DNA of 45,624 bases, taken from Prorocentrum cordatum. Lineage: Eukaryota. The translations under genes and the position numbers were made by a program. Below the pieces are notes generated by a model. That model was not told the DNA's origin and searched no databases. It saw only the letters and a list, made by a program, of their open reading frames with translations. Positions 22,948-31,363 of this stretch are shown here, one piece after another (within the stretch, counting starts at the first letter, position 1; each line of letters starts with the position of its first letter). The stretch spans positions 620,001 to 665,624 of the forward strand of contig CAUYUJ010000203.1 of assembly GCA_963575745.1 (NCBI GenBank), given 5' to 3'.

Positions 22948-23830
22948 AGACAAAGGCATAGTAGCCGCGCGGGTCTTGTCTGTGACCGACTGTCCGCTTG
23001 AGCCCTGCATGACGAATGAAATCAACCAGAAACCGGAGACCATGCGCAGAGATTCTGGAGTGGCTGATCTACAGTCAACCGGAGACCGGAGACCAGAGAT
23101 TCCTGAATACATATCTCTGGTCGACCAGAGACCGGAGACCAGAGATTCCTGGAGACTCATCTCCGGTCGACCGGAGACCGGAGACCGGAGATTCCTGGAG
23201 ACTCATCTCCGGTCGACCGGAGACCGGAGACCGGAGATCTCCCAGGATTCATCTCCGGTCGACCAGAGATGAGTCTCCAGGAATCTCTGGTCTCCGGTCT
23301 CCGGTCGACCGGAGATGAGTCTCCAGGAATCTCTGGTCTCCGGTAGACAAAAGCATAGTAGCCGCGCAGGTCTCGTCTGTGACCGACTGTTCGCTTGAGC
23401 CCTGCATGACGAATGAAGTCGACCAGAGACCGGAGATCAGAGATTATGGAGCGGCTGATCTCCAGTCAACAGGAGACCAGAGATTCCTGAAGACTTTTCT
23501 CTGGTCGACCGGAGACCGGAGACCAGAGATTCCTGGAGACTCATCTCCGGTCGACCGGAGACCAGAGACCAGAGATCTCCCAGGACTCATCTCCGGTCGA
23601 CCGGAGATGAGTCTCTAGGAATCTCCAGTCTCCGGTCTCCGGTCGACCAGAGATGAGTCTCCAGGAATCTCTGGTCTCCGGTCTCCGGTCGACCGGAGAT
23701 GAGTCCTGGGAGATCTCTGGTCTCCGGTCTCCGGTCGACCGGAGATGAGTCCCAGGAATCTCTGGTCTCCGGTCTCCGGTCGACCGGAGATGAGTCTTCC
23801 CGAATCTCTGGTCTCTGGTCTCCGGTCGGC
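22948..23830. repeat. Duplicated module of head-to-head ~46-bp palindromic repeats
   Basis: Two modules start at ~22948 and ~23345 (AGACAAA.GCATAGTAGCCGCGC...). The unit GGAGACTCATCTCCGGTCGACCGGAGACCGGAGACCAGAGATTCCT switches orientation at 23260/61 and 23598/99. Perfect 30-bp palindrome at 23584-23613. Confidence 0.92.
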
Positions 23831-24245
23831 CAAAGATAAAAATGATGACATGCTATACGCAAAGCGTTATGGAGCTGTGCTTGTGCGAATGTAATCACAT
23901 AGTGTTCCACAAAACGCCCAAGATGCTACATACCTCTTCAGATGTAACGGGACCTCGGGATGTCGACGTTCGGCGGCCTCATATCGGTATCGCCCGATAG
24001 GGTGCCGCCGTCCATATGTATATACCGACGCTTTTTCCGGCCCTGCACTGAAACTCGCACAGGGAAGCGGATCCTGGTGTATACGGGACCATGGTGTATA
24101 CATTGCTCGTTGCTTCCCCGGGAAAGCGGGGAAACCAATCTACACCACACCACCCCGACGTCGTCCCTGACCCTCAGAAAATCCAGGGATTGAAAAACAG
24201 CACGCCGCTGGTAATGTATACGTACGCTCCAGTTTCCGATATGCA

Positions 24246-24457
24246 TTTCGGCGACTCCAAAGGGTGTGGTTTGCAGAGGGTGTGGTTTGCAATCGGCACC
24301 CTGGGGGGGCACCATGGGGGGCGGTCGGGTGCCTCGATGGAGCTCTCCGCCGCGCCCCGAGGAGGCCCGACGAGGACAGTGTCGTGCCCTCCAGGCCCCC
24401 ACGGCGCCGATCGCAAACCACACCCTGGCATAACCGCACCCTTTGTAGTCGCCGAGT
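24246..24457. repeat. Fold-back inverted repeat (MITE-like)
   Basis: TCGGCGACTCCAAAGGGTG pairs with CACCCTTTGTAGTCGCCGA. GGGTGTGGTTTGCAATCGGCACC pairs with GGCGCCGATCGCAAACCACACCC. Confidence 0.65.
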
Positions 24458-24917
24458 ATTGCCCCCCTGAGCTATTCACCCCGGTCGTCGCCTCTGAGGC
24501 AGGGCGGCGCTCCACGCGTGGGCTGGCGCCCGGGGGTTGCCGGTGCAGGCCGCGCCCGCAGGGCCCGGGCCAGGGGGCACGTCTGCCGCTCGGGAGGGGA
24601 GGGGCCCAAGGCAAGACGAGGCCAGGGCGAGGATCAAATCGGGTGAGGATGAATCGGGGATCTTTGACATCTCTGCCGCTTGGGAGGGGGTAAGAGGGGG
24701 CACGTCTGCCGCTCGGGAAGGGAGGGGTCAAAGGTAAGACGAAGCCAGGACGAGGATAAATTATCCCGGCAAAGCAACCTAACAGCCATGTGTAGGAGCA
24801 TATCTGGAAGCATTCCCCTTAAGATTCGGATGAGAATCCAGTTGTAGAATTCTGCTGTTCTCGCAGTCGTTGTCGCATTCGCGAGGACAGTCGCAGTGGC
24901 AACGGCAGTCGCAGTCA

Positions 24918-25350
24918 CAGCCTCAGCCTCAGCCTGCCTCAGCCTCAGCCTCAGCCTGCCTCAGCCTCAGCCTGCCTCAGCCTCAGCCTCAGCCTGCTTC
25001 AGCCTCAGCCTCAGTCTGCCTTCAGCCTCGGCCTCAGCCTCAGCCTGCCTCAGCCTCAGCCTGCATCAGCCTCAGCCTCAGCCTCAGCCTGCCTCAGCAG
25101 CCTCAGCCTGCCTCAGCCTCAGCCTGCCTCAGCCTCAGCCTCAGCCTGCTTCAGCCTCAGCCTCAGTCTGCCTTCAGCCTCGGCCTCAGCCTCAGCCTGC
25201 CTCAGCCTCAGCCTGCATCAGCCTCAGCCTCAGCCTCAGCCTGCCTCTGCCTCAGCCTCAGCCTGCTTCAGCCTCAGCCTCAGTCTGCCGTCGGCCTCGG
25301 CCTCAGCCTCAGCCTGCCTCAGCCTCAGCCTGCATCAGCCTCAGCCTCAG
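24918..25350 (+). repeat. (CAGCCT)n / CTCAGCCTGC compound minisatellite
   Basis: Directly visible, with higher-order repetition of variant units. Confidence 0.95.
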
Positions 25351-25366
25351 CACGAAGCGACCCAGC

Positions 25367-25810
25367 TAGAAGGACAAAGCGCTGAATGTACACCGATGTG
25401 TTCGACGACTGCGTATGTAATGATGTGACGATATACAGACTGAGCCCTTCGTGAATGTCTACATGTTTTTCTGACGCCTACAAACGGCGCTGACGTGTGT
25501 GAGAAAATTGTCCGCGCAGCAAAAGCCGGCGAAGCGTGCGGGAGCTCGCATGCTGAGACAGACTACGTCTGCAGACCGCCAGCTGCAAAAAGTTGCGAGC
25601 GGCTCTTGGAAGATGTTTACGGAACGGAGCTACGGTGTCTGAAAACATTGGCATCGAAGGGAAGAGCCTCGGAGCCCTGCAACCTGAGAAACACCGCAGG
25701 AACTCGCATACTGAAAAGGAATGCATTGCAAACCGCACGCTGCGAACCCTGCAGGCTGAGAAGCACCGCAGGATGTCGCATGCTGAAAAAGCACTTGTAC
25801 TGCAGAGCGC
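25367..25810. repeat. About 444-bp direct repeat, copy 1 (copy 2 at 28130-28572)
   Basis: Near-identical from TAGAAGGACAAAGCGCTGAATG to GTACTGCAGAGCGC, with a few substitutions and one indel. Confidence 0.95.
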
Positions 25811-26131
25811 TAGCATCTATCTCGGGCTCGGACCCCCCCGTCCTGATCCAGAACGTGTCCGGCCACGGCCTGAAAATGCCGTTCCAACTCCCGAGGATCA
25901 GCTGGCACTCCGGCTCTGGGACACTCCAGTACGTCTTGAGCACCTTGAGCCAGGCCCCATCTCGGGATCCCCACAGCACGCTGTACTTGACCGAGACCGT
26001 GCCGAACTCATAACAATTGACCTCCGAAGGACCTGCGAGTGCAGGCTGAGAAACACCACGCGATTGCAGGGCACGGCATTGCGTGTCACATGAGTGCAGG
26101 CTGAGAAGCACCACATCTCGTTTGCCAGAGA

Positions 26132-27202
26132 TCACTCCCAGGTTATTTGATCCCGCAACACCAGCCACGGCGTAGCTGCCACAGGGGCCGCAGATAGCAA
26201 CGGTTCGGTCACCCAATTGGCGTTCCGGTGAGTCACAATTCGCGCGTGGCTCCACGAGCCTGTGTAGCGCGATTTGCGGGGCACCAGTGTGCTGTAGGTG
26301 TTGTTGCCGTAGCAGAAGACGGCCTCTGGAGCCCAGTGCGGATTCCAGCGGACAGCGTAGACCCTGTGGACGCCATTGCGGATGACGTCGCGCGCACCTT
26401 CGATATGTGCCACCCATCGAAGCCAGTCAAATGCTGAGCCATCGGTGATGTCAACAGCACCTGGGGCAGTCTCGCCATGGTGGTAGTGCAACAGCGATTG
26501 GAGAGCGGCGCTGGCTTCGTCGCGGCCCACAATCTGGCGCGAGCAGGCTGCCTCTTGCAGGTGCTCCTGTGTGAAGAGCAGTGGGGCATCACCGCCAGTC
26601 TCGGCAGGCTGAGCAGCGCCACCGTCAGGCACGGCAGTCTGAGCAGCGCCGCCACGAGGAACATGAGGCTGAGCAGCGCCAGGCTCAGGCACGGCAGGCT
26701 GAGCAACGGCGCGTGGTGGACCGACATAGGTGGGCTCATCGGGTCGGCCGTTCTTATGGTAATGCAGGCGCATGGCTGAACCGTCTGCACGACGGAACTC
26801 GAAGAAGTGCCTGCCGTGGCCATCCGTGTTGGAGTAGTTAGGGTCGCGCTCTGTCTCGATGATGCGAAAGAGAACCTGGGCGATGCCCTGCCCGATTATG
26901 CGCTCAGCGAAACCCGGAGCGGCAGACCGAAGCAGTTGCTTCCAGTCGTAGGACGGGTCGTTTGTTACGTCTTTGAACGACAAGTTGTTGACAATGCACT
27001 CGGCGCGCAGCGCGCGCTGCCACTGGCAGGCGGTCTTGCCGCCCATCCCTGGTGTACGGCGGATGTCTTCGAGGTGAGCCTGCTCAAAGACCACGTCGAC
27101 ACCTGGCTGAGGAGTCGGTGCGGGCGGATCCGGCAGAATCTCCCACGGGCCATCGCACGGGGCCGGGGGTGGCGGGGGCGATGCCTTGCCGCGTGCTGGC
27201 AT
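26132..27202 (-). CDS. Hypothetical protein (356 aa from ATG 27202) with two tandem copies of an unknown domain
   Basis: Intact ORF with protein-like complexity. Internal similarity: DVTNDPSYDWKQLL..IIGQGIAQV versus DITDGSAFDWLRWV..VIRNGVHRV, joined by a GAAQP-repeat linker. Confidence 0.7.
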   Translation of the reverse strand: MPARGKASPPPPPAPCDGPWEILPDPPAPTPQPGVDVVFEQAHLEDIRRTPGMGGKTACQWQRALRAECIVNNLSFKDVTNDPSYDWKQLLRSAAPGFAERIIGQGIAQVLFRIIETERDPNYSNTDGHGRHFFEFRRADGSAMRLHYHKNGRPDEPTYVGPPRAVAQPAVPEPGAAQPHVPRGGAAQTAVPDGGAAQPAETGGDAPLLFTQEHLQEAACSRQIVGRDEASAALQSLLHYHHGETAPGAVDITDGSAFDWLRWVAHIEGARDVIRNGVHRVYAVRWNPHWAPEAVFCYGNNTYSTLVPRKSRYTGSWSHARIVTHRNANWVTEPLLSAAPVAATPWLVLRDQITWE

Positions 27203-27296
27203 TGTGACAAGGCAGGCTGAGGAGCACCGCCGCGGCTGGACGGCCAGGTGAAACTCGAGCAAACATGGTTAAGGATGATGATGATGGTGTTGATAG

Positions 27297-28118
27297 GAAA
27301 CCCGGTATCAGCGAGTTGATGTACAATGAGGTGTCCGCAAACGAGACACTGCTGTCAACGCTGTTATAACTAACCACAAACGAGACACTGCTATCAACGC
27401 TTGCACAATTAAAAAGAAACGCTGGCATTGACACTACTAGCAATACCAAAGTGGAGTTTAAACGAGGCACTGCCATCAACCGATTCAACTTCCAATGAAA
27501 GAAGATCACAAATGAGTTCACTCTGAAGTGACCCATGGGTATCAATGCGAGAAGTCTCTGCAAACTATTCACTCATGGCGACCGCCGCGCACACGCGTGT
27601 AGGAAATCGTCGATGATGATAGTGATAATGGAGTGGGGGCCAGTAATGCAGATACACTGCTGTGCATTCACTTGCTGCGAAAAGAAACTCTGTATGAATG
27701 AGTTGATATATAATGAGTTGTCCACAAACGAGACACTGCTATCAACGCTTGTATAAGTAAAAAGAAACGCTGCTATCGACACTTCCCCCAATACTAAAGT
27801 TGTCTTTAAACGAGTCACTGCCATGAACGGCTTCAACTACAGTGTAACGAAAGGAACTGCAGGCTGAGAAGCACCGCAGGCCAACGTGAACCAGTCGTGG
27901 TGATGAGGATGAGTGAAATCTGCGATGATGATAGCGATCATGAAGTCGGTTGTAGGAACCCACTTTTGTAGTAACCAACATACACTGGTATGCATTCACT
28001 TATGGTGAAAGGAAACTCGGTATCAGTGAGTTGATATAGAATGAGTTGTCCGCAAACGAGACACTGCTATCAACGCTTTTAGAACGAAGCGAACCCATCA
28101 GAACACTGTTATCAACGG
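27297..28118. repeat. Intergenic, roughly 3x degenerate repeat with recurring AAACGAGACACTGCTATCAACGCT
   Basis: The block GAAACTCGGTATCAGTGAGTTGATATA.AATGAGTTGTCC.CAAACGAGACACTGCTATCAACGCT occurs at about 27297, 27684 and 28012, plus extra sub-motif copies. Confidence 0.85.
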
Positions 28119-28129
28119 AAAGAATGCTG

Positions 28130-28572
28130 TAGAAGGACAAAGCGCTGAATGTACACCGATGTGTTCGACGACTGCGTATGTAATGATGTGACGATATACA
28201 GACTAAGCCCTTCGTGAATGTCTACATGTTTTTCTGACGCCTACAAACGGCGCTGACGTGTGTGAGAAAATTGTCCGCGCAGCAAAAGCCGGCGAAGCGT
28301 GCGGGAGCTCGCATGCTGAGACAGACTACGTCTGCAGACAGCCAGCTGCAAAAGGTTGCGAGCGGCTCTTGGAAGATGTTTACGGAACGGAGCTACGGTG
28401 TCTGAAAACATTGGCATCGAAGCGAAGAGCCTCGGAGCCCTGCAGCCTGAGAAACACCGCAGGAACTCGCATACTGAAAAGGAATGCATTGCAAACCGCA
28501 CGTTGCGAACCCTGCAGGCTGAGAAGCACCGCAGGATGTCGCATGCTGAAAAGCACTTGTACTGCAGAGCGC
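28130..28572. repeat. About 444-bp direct repeat, copy 2
   Basis: See 25367-25810. Confidence 0.95.
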
Positions 28573-28704
28573 AGGCTGCGAAACCTGCAGGCTGAGAAGC
28601 ACCGCAGGAACTCGCATGCTTTCGAACACTACTGCTCGAGACCGCAGCTGGAGAGCGGCAGACCGCAGGCTGAGAAGCACCGCGGGCAGGGAGACTTGCA
28701 AAAC

Positions 28705-30891
28705 TCAGATGTCCTGATCGTCTTGGAGGAAGTCACGCCAGTCCGGCGGCTGCCAAGAATCGATGATGCGCCTGGAGCCACCGCCCGTGCTGCCGCCGAT
28801 GTCCAGGTAGTCGCCATCGCCCCTGAACAGACGGCCGTGCCCCAACGCCAGAATCGCTTGGTTGCGGATTTGAAGCAGCGCTCCGCTCTCAAACATCTGC
28901 AACACGTCCAGCTGCCTGCGCGTGAAGTTCGGCTTTGGCTGGCCAGCCTGGGCAGACAGATGGAGGGAAAGCCGCTCCCCCTCGTTGTAGCGCGCGATGG
29001 CCTCGGCCTTCTGGTGGTGCAGCCGGCGCCGCTGTTGCCGCAGAGCTTCCTCGGGAACTGCTGCATCACGGCCCTCACTGTGATCAGCTTGCAACGCTTG
29101 CGTTAGCCAATCAACGTCGAAGCGCCCTGAGAAGGCCAGCACCTCCCAGATCTGTTTGGTACCGGCCACACGTTGCAAATGGCGATGCCACCGCTTACGC
29201 TTCTGGTCTTTCACAAACTTGGCGACGCTACCCAGACCTGCACCCTTGGCCTGGCCACCTTTTCCCGCAGGCTGAGAAGCACCGTGAGAACCTTTCTTAC
29301 CGCCTGGCCCTTTGTTCGGACCCTGCGGAACCGCATGGCCCCCTTGTGGCGCAGACTTGCCTTTCGCTTTTCCCTTTTCGATATCCCGTTCCTGAAGCGC
29401 ACGCTGCTGCCGCGACTGCTCGTACTGGTCGCGAGCTACTCTGACCAATTCCTGGCGCTCAGGCTCCGTGAGAACGTAGCGCATGTCGTCGATGTTCTTG
29501 CTCCGCAGAAAGTCATGTCGAAGCTTAAGGACAGAGAGAATGGCTCGGCCAGTCTCCTCCTGAGACGCAAAGGCCGCGTCATATTCCGAGCCAGGCTGAG
29601 GAGCGCCAGCTGGATTAGTGTCCGCTGGCTCCGTGGACTTCCTCTTTTTGAAAAGCAAGAGACTGAGATGATGGAGGACTTTCGGATCGTACTCCTCGTC
29701 GTACCTGTCGTCCCAAAGCTGCCTCAGCTCCCTGTGCAAGTCGTCCGCGCGATTCTGAACGACATCCTCGACGTAGTCGGGATCACCCGGTGAAGTCGGT
29801 GAAAGCGGAGGAGTAGAACTCGGCGACCGATCCCAATGCACAGAAGACTCGCGGTCCGCCTGTACGCTGACGTCGGCGTCGGAGACGTTTTCGACGACAA
29901 TCTTCCGCCTCTTGCTCTCCCCAGGCTGAATAGCACCAGGGAGAGTGAGCACAACCGCCACCGCATCGTGTGCGTCGTTGCGCATGCCACGATCCGTAAA
30001 AGACGCGCCAACGGCAATGGAGCAGAAACGGGCGACTGCTCCGCAGACCGCGACGTGGTCGCCTTTGAGGTCGGCCGGAGTGGCATGGACCTCCCATACC
30101 TTCTCGTCGTTCTGCTGGCGCTGGTAAGCCTCCCGCGCCTCCTGGAAAGTGAGGTTGTCGTCGCCGACTACAAGCAGAACGACTGCCTGGTTTAGATTCT
30201 CAAGAATCTTGGCCAGGCCGTCCAGGTGCAAGCGGAGATGGCGAACTGTCCGCTTTCGAGTCTGGATGGTCGGCGGTTTCTTGCCGCACACGATGTGCAT
30301 GTTGGCGATCACCACGTGGAACTTGTCATGGCCTGGTTTGTTCACCTCAAAATGTGAAATAACAGCATCAATCTCTCGGCCGCTAGGAGGCCTGTAAACT
30401 TTGCTGTCTTCGCACAGAGTCAGTTCCGCAGGCTGAGAAGCACCGCGGAACCCCCAGAGAGTCAAGTAGTTGTCGACCTCCGAGAAGCGAATGCCATCAC
30501 CGAAAGGCTTACTGAGGATCTCTGTCACGTTGATCCCTGCTCGGCGAAAGCCTTCACGGAACGCACCGACCTCGCAGCCACAGACAATATCAGCATCAGC
30601 GGTCTCCACTATCGTGGCGCACAACCTTCCGAAGTTAGCGCAGTGAGTGGCCGCCTGCTTACCAGTCATCATGCCCTGCTCGAACCCGAAATTGAACGAG
30701 GCGACCGTGAAAGACGCAGGCTGCACAGCGCCAGAACCAGGCGTCTGTCCACCTTCCTCCGCAGGCTGAGAAGCACCGCGAGGCGGCGCAGGCTGAGAAG
30801 CACCGCGAGGCGGCGACACTTCGGACGAGCCTCGCGGAGCAGAGGCTGCGGATGAACGTTGGACATGGGGGTACGGCCAGGGGAACGCCAT
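28705..30891 (-). CDS. EEP (exonuclease/endonuclease/phosphatase, APE/DNase I-like) domain protein with an unknown helical C-terminal half (728 aa from ATG 30891)
   Basis: Ordered EEP motifs FTVASFNFG, ADIVCGCEV, VIANMH, LVVGDDN, GDHVAV and NDAHDAV, corresponding to WN / DxxxLQE / NxH / GDFN / DH / SDH. No RT follows. Intact and intronless. Confidence 0.75.
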   Translation of the reverse strand: MAFPWPYPHVQRSSAASAPRGSSEVSPPRGASQPAPPRGASQPAEEGGQTPGSGAVQPASFTVASFNFGFEQGMMTGKQAATHCANFGRLCATIVETADADIVCGCEVGAFREGFRRAGINVTEILSKPFGDGIRFSEVDNYLTLWGFRGASQPAELTLCEDSKVYRPPSGREIDAVISHFEVNKPGHDKFHVVIANMHIVCGKKPPTIQTRKRTVRHLRLHLDGLAKILENLNQAVVLLVVGDDNLTFQEAREAYQRQQNDEKVWEVHATPADLKGDHVAVCGAVARFCSIAVGASFTDRGMRNDAHDAVAVVLTLPGAIQPGESKRRKIVVENVSDADVSVQADRESSVHWDRSPSSTPPLSPTSPGDPDYVEDVVQNRADDLHRELRQLWDDRYDEEYDPKVLHHLSLLLFKKRKSTEPADTNPAGAPQPGSEYDAAFASQEETGRAILSVLKLRHDFLRSKNIDDMRYVLTEPERQELVRVARDQYEQSRQQRALQERDIEKGKAKGKSAPQGGHAVPQGPNKGPGGKKGSHGASQPAGKGGQAKGAGLGSVAKFVKDQKRKRWHRHLQRVAGTKQIWEVLAFSGRFDVDWLTQALQADHSEGRDAAVPEEALRQQRRRLHHQKAEAIARYNEGERLSLHLSAQAGQPKPNFTRRQLDVLQMFESGALLQIRNQAILALGHGRLFRGDGDYLDIGGSTGGGSRRIIDSWQPPDWRDFLQDDQDI

Positions 30892-31023
30892 TGCAATCAA
30901 AACTCAGTGGTCTGCAGTGAATGAATGCAGTGGCACGATTGAATGCAGAGGACTGCAGTGTCACTAGCAAGTCCTGAACCAAACACAGCTGTGGCGGAAG
31001 GAGTATGAAGCGTCTGGCTATTC

Positions 31024-31363
31024 AAAATGTGGCCCGGGAATGGAGTTCTGGGAACTCGAAGACCAGGAAGTGGACTAGAGTTGGCTCCGGGCATCCAAAA
31101 TGTGGCCCGGGAATGGAGTTCTGGGAAATGGAAGAGCACGAAGTGGCTTACAGTTGGCTCCGGGCATCCAAAATGTGGCCCGGGAATGGAGTTCTGGGAA
31201 ATGGAAGAGCACGAAGTGGCCTACAGTTGGATCCGGCCCCCCAGAATGTGGCCCGGGAATGGAGTTCTGGGAAATAGAAGAGCACGAAGTGGCCTACAGT
31301 TGCATCCGGCCCCCCAGAATGTGGCCTGGGAATGGAGTTCTGGGAAGGCGAAGAGCACGAAGT
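31024..31363. repeat. 73-bp tandem repeat, about 4.7 copies
   Basis: A.AATGTGGCCCGGGAATGGAGTTCTGGGAA... starts at 31024, 31097, 31170, 31243 and 31316. Confidence 0.95.

Larger units (their letters stand above)
13916..24013 (-). mobile_element. Giant (10,098 bp) Merlin/IS1595-superfamily DNA transposon with cargo genes
   Basis: TIRs at 13916-13942 (GCGCGGCGGCACCCTATCGGGCAATAC) and 23987-24013 (reverse complement GGACGGCGGCACCCTATCGGGCGATAC), 24/27 identical. The identical 8-mer ATATGTAT lies immediately outside both (13908-13915, 24014-24021). Internal IS1595-type transposase. An 8-bp TSD and GG-starting TIRs are typical of Merlin. Confidence 0.85.

Noticed and set aside
25367..28572. 444-bp direct repeats as LTRs
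   Set aside because: No TG...CA ends, no PBS/PPT or TSD seen, and no gag/pol between them.
28705..30900. EEP ORF as a LINE ORF2 fragment, or its C-terminus as Fanzor/TnpB
   Set aside because: No RT motifs follow the EEP domain in this intact ORF. No RuvC triad or zinc finger is recognisable.
22948..31363. CRISPR-like appearance of the 46-bp, 73-bp, 24-nt and 17-nt repeats
   Set aside because: No regular unique spacers of constant length, no cas genes, and a eukaryotic context.
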